Assembly: GCA_028023455.1 (NCBI GenBank)
Contig: JAQFVV010000009.1
Coordinates: 1,426,001-1,490,000 of the forward strand
DNA length: 64,000 bases
Direction of reading: 5' to 3'
From: Epiperipatus broadwayi
Lineage: Eukaryota; Animalia; Onychophora
The notes under the pieces were generated by a model, which searched no databases, was not told the DNA's origin, and saw only the letters and a program-made list of their open reading frames with translations. Each line of letters begins with the position of its first letter. Position 1 is the first letter of the stretch. The position numbers and the translations under genes are program-made. This document shows, piece after piece, positions 40,524-52,810 of the stretch.

Positions 40524-43500
40524 CGAGTTTCTAGGAGTCAATAGTTTTCAATAAAAAAATTTGGGGATGGATGATTGCAAAAATAGACTCCCTTACTACT
40601 ACTATTTGTTTGTTACTTCAAAATATCTATGATTCCAATAGGTACCTAATTAAGAAGTAAAGTAATTAAAAAAAAAACACTTTTTTGATAAAAACACATT
40701 ACATACCAAACCTGCAAAAGAAAAGGTAAAATATGTCATTAAAATAGTTACACATAAGAATGCATGAAAATACATTTAACACAAACATGTCTTTTGCATT
40801 GTCTTATTGAACGTATTAAAGCAAGTGCAGACATGAAAAACCATTGCATGTCTATATTTGCTTGCAATGGGACGAGGACGATATTAGCAAAATCTATCCA
40901 TCTTGTATGGTTGTGCTTTTATAAAACACTATAAATTGGTTCGTTTGATGTGACCTGTACTTACTTGTGATTTGACCTTTGAATATAATTATTTAATGAG
41001 GATCAGTATCATGAAAAAGAAAATCAGAGGACATAGTTTGTTTATTTCGGTTTGAACAAAAATTTTCTGTTTCAAGTAAGTATATACTTTATTGTTTTGT
41101 TGTTTTTTTTTATCACAGGGGCTGTTGTAATTGTTTGTTAATAAAAGTTTTTATTTCTTACAATAATAATATGTCTGAACCAAAAAGAAATGCAGACAGT
41201 ACAGCTTGGACTATTTGAACTAGGATTTGTCCCATCATTATAAACAAACATTTACCAATGTGACTCATATGCAAAAAAGTCTTTAGCAATAATGCTATGA
41301 AACTATTAAAACTAGCAGATCACTTGAATAGCATTCACCCTGACAAAAAAAAAAATTTGTCATACTTTCTGAAGAGAACTACAATAGGTAATATGTTTGT
41401 TTCATCATCGAAGCAAAATGATGATGGATTAAGGGAATCATATAACATATCCTTACTCATCGCAAAGTCTGCCGCACACCATAAGGGATAAACTGAATCT
41501 ACTGGCTGTTGTGGAGGTATTGAACACTACTCCCCAAACCTGCATAAAATTGTTATAAAAAGGATTCCTTTGAGCAATAACACAGTTCAAACACATATCG
41601 ATAATATCAGTCACGAATGTGGAAAGAGTCAACTTTATTCAGTAATGAAGCTTTGTTGCTGGCATATGGTCATTTTATTCAAGATCAGGAAGTGCATGAA
41701 GAGCTGCCTTTTGCTAGAACTTTAGAAACTGACACCAGAGGCGAATCGATTTTTAATTTAATGGAGTTATTTTTCATGGAAAAAGCAATTCCATTGACAA
41801 ATATAATATCTGTTGGTACAGATGGAGCATCAACTATGGTTTATTGTTATCACAGTTTCATAAATTACCTGAAACAACATGTACTTGAAGTGCTTGCACT
41901 GCGTAATCCATTGTCAAGATTTAGTAACCAAAAACTTTAGCGACAAATTGCATCAATCGCTTCAGTTTGTTATAATAGCACAGCAGACTTTGCTCGATTA
42001 TGCGAGGAAAGCAATGAAAATTTTTATCTATTGGTTCTTCATACCGAAGTTTGTTGGCTTTTCAAAGATTTATGTTTAGCATGATTTTTTGCACTTTTTC
42101 AATCTGTTTTAGAATTTTTGAAAGATGAGAATTTCTGGTTGAAAGAAAATTTACTTAAGAGTAAAACAGATATTACTTATTTAACTGACTTATTTGGTAA
42201 ATTTAATGATGTTAATTTACAGCAAGGTGTCTATTTGAATTTTATCAAAGCAAAATCGGGCATATTAATTTTTGTTGTCAGATTAATGTTTTTTAAGCAA
42301 AATATTGGAAGATTTGATTCTTGATCTTCCCCATTTTCCCAATTTATTTAAGATAGGCACAATCCAAGAAGAAAATAACTTAATGTACATCAACCACTTG
42401 GAGACTCTTCCCTTAGATTTCAAAACTAGGTTTGAATACATTCTATCATTGGAAATGTCAAACTGGATAATAAACCCATACACTACTAATGCAGAACCAA
42501 ATATAATTTTGCAAGATGAACTGATACTCATCATCATGAATGAAAATTTCAACATACAATTCAAACAGGGTTTTCAAAAGTTTTGGCTGCAAAAAGATAT
42601 TGCACTTCTGTACCTGACTCTATAGTATTTCCATCATCATATCTGTAATGAACAATTTTTATTTCACCCTTACTTTGTAATTACTAATACGCTAAAACTA
42701 ATTGCGTTACGGTGACATTTTTAAGTTTATTAATTAGTAGACTTTTTTATTTTTTTATCTATTCTATCTTTTAGACTTAGTGCTTTCAGAGCCCTTGCAG
42801 CTCCATATTCATAGTCCTTTTCATATTGTTAACTATATGCAAATGCATGCAAATTGCTTATATCATCCATTTTTTCGAAATCGCGAAGCACGTGTCCTTT
42901 CTATTTATTGCTCTGGCATTGCTGGTGATGAAACATGCTTTTATGACCTTCTTCTTGACATCATTTCTTTCTGTGCATATGATGTCGGCTTTAGAGGGCT
43001 CAAATTTGTGGTTGTGTTCCTGCTGATGGTCAGCAAATACTGAGCTGCCTTCTTTTTTGGTTATTGCTCTTGTGTATACATATTTATGCTGAGCCAGTCT
43101 ATTGCCCACTGTGGCCCGAGTTTCCCCATAATAAACTGAATCACAATCTGTCTGCAGGCACACAATTCTATAAACTATATGGGGGGTTTCTTCTATATTT
43201 TTTTGTCTTTAGTAGAGAGACTTCATTGTAGTTTTAAATCTGCTTTAGAACAGACATCGATTGCATATCATTGAATGTGGAGATTCAAAACCGGACATAG
43301 ATAAATTGTTGACAGATCACCAGGAGTACCCATCTTATTAAATTCAGTTTTCCAAGCTAATTTATTTGGTATTCTTATTTTTATAATTCTGATTAAAATC
43401 TTTCATTGTTGTAATTTTGTTGATGTTTAATTCTTTTTGAATATGTTGATTTTTTTTCACTTGATTTTTATGTTTAATAAGATTTGTATTTATTTTGAAT

Positions 43501-43812
43501 TTACATATTTATTTCATAAATGTCAAAAATTAAAAAAAACTGCTCATATTTTTTTTTGTTTAATTTTTATTAGTGCGGGTTTCGATATTAAATGTTACAC
43601 AAGATGATGCCATATTCCATAGTCCTTTTATCTTTTTCAATCTTTAATTACAAGTGATTAAAATGAAAAATTTGATATCTAATGAAATATTTAATATCGA
43701 ATACTGTACAAATGTATTAATTTGAATAGGTAAAGTAAATGGCTAAGGGGTTGACAGTTTTAAAAGTTTTTGTTAAAGAGGTCTGCGGCCAAAAAAGGTT
43801 TGGGAACTCTTG
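40524..43812 (+). mobile_element. Decayed hAT (Buster/Charlie, ZBED5/ZBED8-like) DNA transposon
   Basis: Frameshifted transposase ~41172-42645 (MSEPK..., KLADHLNSIHPDK, EELPFARTLETDTRGESIF, IISVGTDGASTM, FWLQKDI, FPSSYL). Right end ggtttgggaactcttg. 8-bp TSD aactagag (40516-40523) / aattagag (43813-43820). Left TIR is degenerate. Confidence 0.85.
42650..43560 (-). mobile_element. Penelope-like element fragment (RT C-terminus plus GIY-YIG) inserted in the hAT transposase
   Basis: ORF 42858-43163: CDSVYYGETRATVGNRLAQHKY...FADHQQEHNHKF...AINRKD. Interrupts the hAT C-terminal region just after FPSSYL; boundaries approximate. Confidence 0.85.
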
Positions 43813-46031
43813 AATTAGAGTAATAAAAACAAGTTTATTTACTTGCTAATAATGTAAAGAATAATAAAATAAAATGATTAAAACCCACTTTAACTTCTTT
43901 AAGCAATTTCAATACTTAACCACATCATAAACTATTCATATGCACAAATATTATATACAAGTCCAATTATCTGTGTGTATCTAATGATTAAAACCCACTT
44001 TAGCTTCTTTAAGCAATTTCAATACTTAACCACATCATAAACTATTCATATGCACAAATATTATATACAAGTCCAATTATCTGTGTGTATCTATTTACTT
44101 TGGTTATAATATACAGACATTCATTTCACTGTCTTCTACAATGATTAGCGCACACATTGTATTTTCTGCTTACAAGGTTGCACAATTGCTGCTCATATAA
44201 TTATATAAATGCTGTTCTGCTGCTGCTAGAAAGTATCCAATTATATTTATGCAGTTCAGAATATGTAGTAGAGCTCATTTAAATATATTAACCTTGCTCA
44301 ATATCAAATCCTTATTTTCAGCTTTATGCTAATTTTCTAGGGTTCTTTTATACCGATAATAATTTTAATGTACTGTCTGTATATATAATACAAGATTTTA
44401 TTAAACTTTATTTACGATAAATATATATATAACACAGAGAATAGTCTATTCCTCCCCCATTCTGGAAAATACTCTTCCTGGGTACAAAAAAATAATCTTG
44501 CAATCTTAATTAATGGTTGTTGTCAAATTCTGGTGGGAGGTAAATCTTCTTCCTCTTGATTATCCATTAGATCTAATGGATCTGGTTATTTCCTCTAGAT
44601 CAGTTTGATTAGCTATGGGCATTCCTTTGTTTTGTAATTCTGAAGAGATGACAGCATGCTTCTTTTTTTTTATTTGAAGTTCACAGTTCATTGGGTAACA
44701 ATTTGAATGTTATCTGCATCTATTATTTCATTCTGCCAAAATCGTAAATAATTAAATGATTGATGTGTGTCTGCAGAATTTTTCCATTATTCAGTTTAAC
44801 TACTCAAATAGAGAGAAGTTCCACAACAGCAGGAAACCATTTTTTTTTAAAAATATCACAACTCCACACTAGATTGTCTATTTTAAAGTTTTCAACATCA
44901 AAATTATTATTCACAATACCTTTTTTATCTGGTACCTTCATTAAGTATGTGCTACACTTACAGTTGCTGTTTTTATTATTGACACAATACAGTCATCATC
45001 TGCATCATTAATCTTATTAACAGATTTTTTTTTTGCTTTTTAATCTGCCTCACCACGATTTAAAGTCCAGACTTAACTGCATTTCACTATTTTTGTCTTT
45101 GTTTATGCAAAAACGAGCTAAATGTTCTTTAATTTTTCAAACATTACATTTCTCCATTTTAAATTTACAAAATTTCTTAACATGGCCTTTTACACTACAT
45201 CAATAACAGATCAAACTTTCCTTTGTTATTTTCCAACTTGTAGCTACAGCTTGTACTTTATTTACAGTAATCAAATTATTCTGCATTTCGACTGAAATCT
45301 GAATTTCTGATGTTTTTCTTTTTTAAAAACATTACTTCCTATGCCACACATTTTTCAAGGGCTATTTTATAATTCAGATTTGGCTCACTCAGCAAAGTTT
45401 TCCTCACAGATCGGCATTGTTTCATGAGTGCATGAAATGCTATATTATAATCTATATACTGCTCATGAGGTAATTTGCCTTATTCTAAAACACAGATGAG
45501 ATACCCATTTCAAAATTTCTCTTCTAACTCTTCATAATGGGATGTTCTCAGGAGTTTTCAGGTCACACAATTGTTTTGCAATTTGTAAAATGTCTTTACC
45601 AGCAAATAACAAAAACATAACTATTTTAAGTCTATCTTCTTTAATTTTATTTATTAGCATATAACACTCAATGTGCTCAACATAAACTTTCCATGATGAT
45701 GTGTTGTACAATATCATAAATACTACTGTTCAGCATTGCCATTATTTATCAACAATAACTTAAACAGGTTCTTATTTCATGAACTAATGACTAAACCATT
45801 CCTTAGTTGACTTACTTCTTCTACTGTCTACTTGTGCCATTCTGCTATATACAGGGATAAAATTTATGTTTACCAGTTGTATTTGCATTTACAATAATTT
45901 AATGAAAACAAACACTAACTAGCGTAATAAAAACAAGTTTATTTACTTGTTAATAATAAAATAAAATGAGTAATAGCACTTTAGCTTCTTTAAGTAATTC
46001 TAATAATTAGCCACATGATAAACTGTTCATA

Positions 46032-47321
46032 AAACATCACATGACCACCACTTCTTATGCTTGTGTATAACTGTTGTTAAAACAGGCAAAACTCACTATA
46101 CGTATTGCCACACACAGCAAGCTAGAGTAATCAATGGATGCCAGAAGGCTTGTGCATAAAACCCCATCTAGTGCCTACTCATCCAATATCCCCAGACTAG
46201 TTTCTGGCTTGTGGCCTTCATCAGTGAGGAGCCTTGGATCTGAGAGCACTGCACCTAGATCTTAGGATCTAATGCAACCCTCCAGCCACCACCTTTTATC
46301 TCCACTTACCTACAAAACTATGAATCTTAAACTGAAATCACCTTAATGTTTTCAATCCAAGCCTATTAGCTTATATAGTCATATGGGTCTGAACTCAGTT
46401 CAGTACCCATACATTTTGGTGTCGTTGGTTCTTTAATAACCATAGCCACCATTATCCTATTAGGAAGGATTGGTTTTAAGCCAATAAACATCACATGACC
46501 ACCACTTCTTATGCTTGTGTATAACTGTTCTTAAAACAAGCAAAACTCACTATACATATTGCCAGACACAGCAAGCTAGAGTAATCAATGGATGCCAGAA
46601 GGCTTGTGCATAAAATCCCCATCTAGTGCCTACTCATCCAATATCCCCAGACTAGTTTCTGGCTTGTGGTCTTTGTCAGTGAGGAGCCTTGGATCTGTGA
46701 GCACTGCACCTAGATCTTAGGATCTAATGCAACCCTCCAGCAGCCATCTTTTATCTCCACTTAACTACAAAACTATGAGTCTTAAACTGAAAACACCTTA
46801 ATGTTTTCAATCCAAGCTCATTGGCTTATATAGTTTGTGGCAATACGTATAATGAGTTTTGCCTAGTTTAACAACAGTTATACACAAGCATAAGAAGTAG
46901 TTGTCATGTGATGTTTATTGGCTTAAAACCAATCCTGTCTAATAGGATAGTGGTGACTATGGTTATTAAAGAACCAAAGAGAGCAAAATGTATGGGTACT
47001 GAACTGAGTTCAGACCCATATGACTATAAGCTAATGGGTTTGGATTGAAAACATTAAGGTGTTTTCAGTTTAAGTCTCACCATTTTGTAGTTAAGTGAAG
47101 ATAAAGGGTTGCTGTTGGAGGGTTGCATTAGATCCTAAGATCTAGGTGCAGTGCTCTCAGATCCAAGACTCCTCACTGACGAAGGCCACAAGCCATAAAC
47201 TAGTCTGGGGATATTAGATGAGTAGGCACTAGGTGGGGATTTTATGCACAAGCCTTCTGGCATCCATTGATTACTCTAGCTTGCTGTGTGTGGTAATACG
47301 TATAGTGAGTTTTGCCGGTTT
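46032..47321. mobile_element. Hammerhead repeat family B insertion: ~1.8 tandem 454-bp units plus ~1.1 inverted unit
   Basis: Unit restarts at 46032 and 46486; inversion at ~46836. 14-bp TSD ataaactgttcata at 46018-46031 and 47322-47335. The sister LTR has a single ataaactattcata (empty site). Confidence 0.92.
46190..46229 (-). ncRNA. Minimal type I hammerhead ribozyme (family B)
   Basis: CCUCA-CUGAUGA-AGGC-CACAA-GCCA-GAAA-CUAG-UC-UGGGG. All core bases present, stem I CCUCA/UGGGG, palindromic ACUAGU stem III, GUC site, A.A mismatch at the base of stem II. Variant copies at ~46645-46684 (-) and 47171-47210 (+). Confidence 0.8.
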
Positions 47322-47986
47322 ATAAACTGTTCATACGCATAAATATTATATACATCCAATTATCTGTGTGTATCCAAACATACAGACTTTCTAATCTTAT
47401 TTCTAGTATCTGTCTTTAATCATTTCACTGACTTCTACAATGATTAGTGTGCACCTTGTATTTTCTGCTTATAAGGTTGCACAATTGCTGCTCATATGAT
47501 TGCATAAATGCTGTTCTGCTGCTGCTAGAATAATATCCAGTTATATTTATGCAGTTCAGAATATATAGCAGTGTTCATTTACATACACTGACCTTGCTCA
47601 ATATCAAATCCAGATTTTCAGCTTTATGCTAATTTTCTAGAGTACATTTATATTGATATTAATTTTAATATACTGTCTCTACATATAATACAAGATTTTA
47701 TTAAACTTTATTTACAATAAATATACATATGATGTACAGAACAGTTGAGAATGAAATCTATATTAATTCAAAATTTCTCCCAGAATATTAGTAATTTCCA
47801 TAATGACAACTTCCATATCTGTAATTTCAGTTATCTTCAATTCAAAAAAATATTTTTAAGTGCATGTTATAATATGGTTCACTGCAATCTGAAAATTTCA
47901 ATACCTACATCAAATCTCGAAACTAAATGTCATAAGATTTAGTGTGATTTCTTAAATTGAAAATAATAAAACTAGTGCAGAATCCG

Positions 47987-48516
47987 CAGTGTTCTTCAAC
48001 CCTTGGTCCGCGGCCCGGTACCGGGCCACGGAACTTTTCTGCAGGTCTGCGTGCTAGACAGGCAGTAAAAAGTTTGTAATAATAAATAATAAGAGTTTAA
48101 ACTTTTAATTAATATAGCCAATTTTTAGTTATTTTTTCATCTCATTTTTACCCAATTGAAAAAAAAAAGAAAACAGAATGAAAAACAAAATCTAATCAAT
48201 CATTCATAAATTAATTTGTTTTTCTAATTATCACACATGTTTGTGGGGGGGGGGGGTAGAATTAAATTTTTTATTACTTTTCTAAAAAAATTTAAAAAAA
48301 AGTTTTTTATTATATAAACTCCATATATATATAAAACTTTATCTTATATATTTAACATTGTTGTTTTGATCAGTTATAACAATTATGCTTATCTTTAAGA
48401 AAATTTATCTATAGACTTCTGCCAGTCTGCGAAATCTTATCCTTATTTTTGCTGGTCTGCGGAACCTTATCCTTATTTTTACCGGTCCGCAGGTGTGAAA
48501 AGGTTGAAGACCATTA
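47987..48516. mobile_element. hAT (Charlie/MER-like) MITE
   Basis: Ends cagtgttcttcaacc / ggttgaagaccatta, subterminal ggtccgcg/ccggt motifs, ~30-bp internal tandem repeat. TSD not seen. Confidence 0.75.
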
Positions 48517-49861
48517 ATGAATATGTGTATATACGATTAAAATAATTTTTTTAAAAAGTTTTTAAAAAAATGTATTCAATGGTTTTGTTTAAAATATTTT
48601 TAGGTCCAGGATTATTGTAGTAATTTGTCATATATTGAATACGATATTTTTATATATATATGATCTTTCTCACATGTAATGAAATGTGCTGGAATATTTT
48701 ATTGTAGTACAGAATGCATGTGTTATTTATTTATTTGGATTTTATTTCCAAAATTATTATTTCTGTAGGTATAAAGGGTTTAATTCATTAAAGTGCTAGA
48801 ATTTAAAGTGATAGATTTTATTTCACATACAGCTAAAGTAGTACTGAGAATATTGAAAAGATGTATTTATGATATATTTGATGATAGATATTGTCCCAAC
48901 ACACATCTAATTTTCTTACAGAAAATAATGTTGATTGCAAGTATTTTTTCTATAGATTAAAGTTATATCCTTTACAAATTTGTAGCTAAATTATTTAGCT
49001 TTTATTACCACTACCAGAATGAAATAGTTTCAAATTAGTTAGTAACACTCAAAGCTAATTAACCAAGTATTTATTTTTAAGTCTGCAATTTTCAACAGTA
49101 TGAATTTGTAAATTGAAGAATAACTGGATCTTCCAATCAATGCATTATTTACTTATAAATGACTTTTCTCCAAATAAAATTCATTCAGATTAACTTGTTT
49201 ATTATTATCATACTCCCATTGGATATGAATCATTCACCATGATTTTTACATTGAGATTATTAAGTAAAATGTCTGCTTCTTTTTTGTTTATCTTTTTCAG
49301 TAAAGTTGTGTTTTAAGTAAAACAAGTTTATGTTATTTAAATTTATTTATTTTTCTCTGAACTTATATAATTGTAGGCATTTTTATTATTATAACTGAAA
49401 ATTGTAGTAACACAAAAATTTAAAATAACCTTTATTTTTGAACTTAAAAGAAAGTGAGTACTAGGATATTAACTTTAAAGCTTTCTTGAATATAATAATG
49501 TAAGCATATATTTACTTGGGTTGGTTCTGGAGTTTAAGATCCATGGATTGTGATTCCAACTTTGTCACTCCCAAGGTTCAAATTTTTTATGAACTACAAG
49601 CAAAAACCATTTAATTATTTTTTAATAGAATATTTCTTAAACTTTTTTTTTTTTTTTGCATATAATTTTTGCTTTAGATTAGATTTATAAATATTTATTT
49701 CAGTTTTATTAATTTTGTATTTAGATGTAATAAAGTTTTTATTTTTTAATGAGTAAATACTTTTTTTAAATATATATATAATATGAACATCAAAATAATC
49801 AATGGATAACGATAAATTAGTATGCTATAAATATAAACTTTGTATTTTTTTTTTATATTAG

Positions 49862-49925
49862 GAATTATTTTTTATAAAGAATTTGAAGATTTGGATAGCA
49901 TAAGTACAATAATGTTTTTGACAGG
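49862..49925 (+). CDS. NIPAL2: NIPA-like magnesium transporter (NIPAL2/3-like), coding exon
   Basis: Long T tract plus TAG acceptor, GTAAGA donor. (G)IIFYKEFEDLDSISTIMFLT(G), phase 1/2; GIIFYxEF motif. Confidence 0.92.
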
Positions 49926-51198
49926 GTAAGATTATTTAAATTTCCAAAACTATATATGTATATATTCTTTTATAGTTATGTGTAAATAATAATTTATAAT
50001 TGATATTATCTTTTAATCATATGATAAACAACAATTCAAAACTTAAGTATTTCAGACGTTTTGTTTTGTAGAATGGAATTATAGGTAAGTTATTTCTTAA
50101 AGAAAAAAAGAAAATGGGATACAATTTTGGCTATAATTATGATCTATGTGGAGATGGAAAGCAAAATATTGAACATTTATTTTCAATGAGTAACATGTTG
50201 AAAATGTTCAAGAAAAATTGTATGAGGAATGAGAAAAACATAAAAAATAAAAATGACAAGAATGAAAGAGGTAGAAATGTTTTTTTTTTTTTAGGTCTTT
50301 GTGATATGACTGGAGAATATAAGTACAGAGTGTTGAAATTAATGAAAAGCTTTTAAAATAGAATAGAAGAAAAAGAAATGTGTCAGTGATAAAAGATTTG
50401 GTGGTTGTAGAATGGAAGAGAGTATTAGAAGAGTAGAAGCAAATAGTTTTGTTTTTTTTAAATAATATAAACATTTTCAAAAAGTAGGAAGTTTTACTTG
50501 ACTAATAGAATTTTTCACTATGTCTTATGTAGGGGAATTTCTGACTGTTTAAGAGAATCATTTTATATTACATATAGTAGTATTGAAAAAAAAAAAACAT
50601 GGATCATACTAGAAACAAAAAATTTATCAATAATTGACTAGAAAGTTATCAACTTACAAATTGATTAATTCACATTACAAAATCCTTTTAGTAGTGAATT
50701 AATCTGTGTAATAAATGAAATGGTCAAGAATATAAAAGTATTTTATATGCTCTTTATCCATTTAATAAATAAACACATTTCTACATAAACTTTATATTCA
50801 TACAACATAAATCTCAAATATTACAGATATTTTCTATGATAACTTTAAATGATTACAATACAAACTTAATTTTGACACATTTATTTAATCATATAACATA
50901 AAATTATGCACATTTTATTATTTACATTAATAAACATATATGCACATTTTTAACCCATTTCAGTCCGCTTAACACTTGTATTGTTTTTGATGCTTCACAT
51001 TCATATTATTATTTATACAAGCAGAAAGAAACCTTTTTCTTTTAAATGAAGTCATGAATAATATAAATTCATTGTAAAATAATCTTTTAGGATTTTTAAT
51101 CTATAAACAGGATTTTTCATATTTTCAGCACACTCTTTAAAAGAATTTCATGCCTCGATGACAACCAGCTGAAAATCCATTCTGGCAGCTTTAGAGTC

Positions 51199-51306
51199 TG
51201 TCATCTAATGAGCTTGCCAATAGCTCTTAACAAGCTTTTCAGAAATATTTTTCAGGGATATTTTGAAAAGCTTGTTAAGAGGTTTTGGCAAGCTCATTAG
51301 ATAACA
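51199..51306. other. Isolated near-perfect hairpin (~45-bp arms, ~10-nt loop)
   Basis: tctaatgagcttgccaatagctcttaacaagcttttcagaaatat pairs with atattttgaaaagcttgttaagaggttttggcaagctcattaga with 2 mismatches and 1 bulge. Confidence 0.8.
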
Positions 51307-52810
51307 TTTGTAATACAAGCTTGTTAAATTAGATCATGTGATATATGACTTGATTTCTTTGCAGTTAGAGTCTGCTGAATGTTTAATGTTTAATTTACAA
51401 CAGTTAAAGACTGAACTTCAAATTTATTAATAATATGTCTGGATCTATTTTTGAATGCACTTATTTAACCTTAGGCCATTAATAATCTATTCTTTGACAA
51501 CAGTAAACATCTAAAAATGTTCAAGTAATATTAATTACTTATATGTTAATTACCTTCTAACTATAATTCAGTTTATAAAACAAAATATGAATGTTACTCT
51601 TTTCTTTTATAGCAATGTTTCTGTCTAAAAACAGGTTTGTGATAAATTCTTCGTGTATTATGCAAAAATCCAATAACAACATGCTATTTGAGATCACAGA
51701 TGCAAATACCATTATTTTCTATAACTTTGGGTCATAATATGCTGCTTCTACCTATATACATTATTAAATAAAGTTTCCAAGAAAAAAAAAGTGCCTTTTA
51801 TTGATATTGATGCAATGCACTATACAGCAAGAAATACTTTTTTTTTTTTAATTTATTATTGTATGGAGGTAGGGTTACACAAAGTAGTTTTAATATAATC
51901 AGTTTTTTATGGTATATTTTTAAAAAAATTTAAAATAGAAAGTATCATATTAGACTTCATGATGAATTAAACATTATGTAGTATTCTTTTATTCAATGAA
52001 TTATCTTTCAAAAAAAAATTATAGCCATCTGTCTGTTCAACTAAGCTTATTTCTTCTACAAGTCAATTTTCACCAAGAGTAGCTAAATCATTTTTAAATC
52101 TTGACCGTTTTTAAATCTATAATCACTCTCTTTAGATATTGAAAAGGCACATTTATTGTACTTATTTTTAGGAAAAAAAATTGAAATATTTACTAGCACT
52201 CTTTTTTCCATCAGTTTCTTTTTTAAAAGTACTTTTTATTTGAATCAAAAATTATCATAATCTGTTGACCAATATTTCATCTATTATATATGGCCATTAT
52301 GAAGATTCTTCTAAAAAATACATGAAATAAAAATCTTATACATTTTTATGTATAACATCATATAAAATTTAACTATTCATATATATATATTGAACCGATA
52401 ATTTCAATCGGCTCATGTTATATTCTCTGTGTGTATGTAAATATACGTATGTACACATATATATTATGGGTATAAAATAAGAAATAAATGCTGTGTGTAT
52501 AGGAAATTGTTTTTTTTTTTGGTATTATTTATTAGTTTTTTATAGTAAGTTTTTTTTTGGTATTATTTATTAGATTTTTTTATTGGGAATTTAAAAACAA
52601 AAAAAAAAAGCAAAATGATAGATTAGTTATTTTTTAATTGGATTGAGAGATTACATCGAAAGTGATATAAAAAAAAATTAAGTTTTTGGAAACAATTTCG
52701 TAATTAATTACTTAATTTTCTAATCCGAAGGAAGGGGAGAGAAAAAAAAGAATTGTAATTAATTCCATTGTCGTGACTTCTAGTTAGCGAGGTGTTCATC
52801 ATCATCATTA

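Larger units (their letters stand above)
40442..47738 (-). mobile_element. Internally deleted Gypsy LTR element with both LTRs interrupted by later insertions
   Basis: 5' LTR ~45843-47738, split by the hammerhead insertion. 3' LTR ~40442-40523 plus 43813-44436, split by the hAT element, with a 108-bp internal tandem duplication. PBS-like tggcacaagtagacag as in the 678-3737 element. Gag N-terminus 45532-45717, knuckles CY*CSVKGHVKKFC / CNV*KIKEHLARFC, pol tail KKWFPAVV...NGKILQTHINHL, PPT gggggagga at ~44450-44458. Confidence 0.8.

Noticed and set aside
50056-50084. Micro-exon candidate with a good GTAAGT donor as the next NIPAL exon
   Set aside because: In the required phase it reads GRFVL* and has no NIPA similarity.
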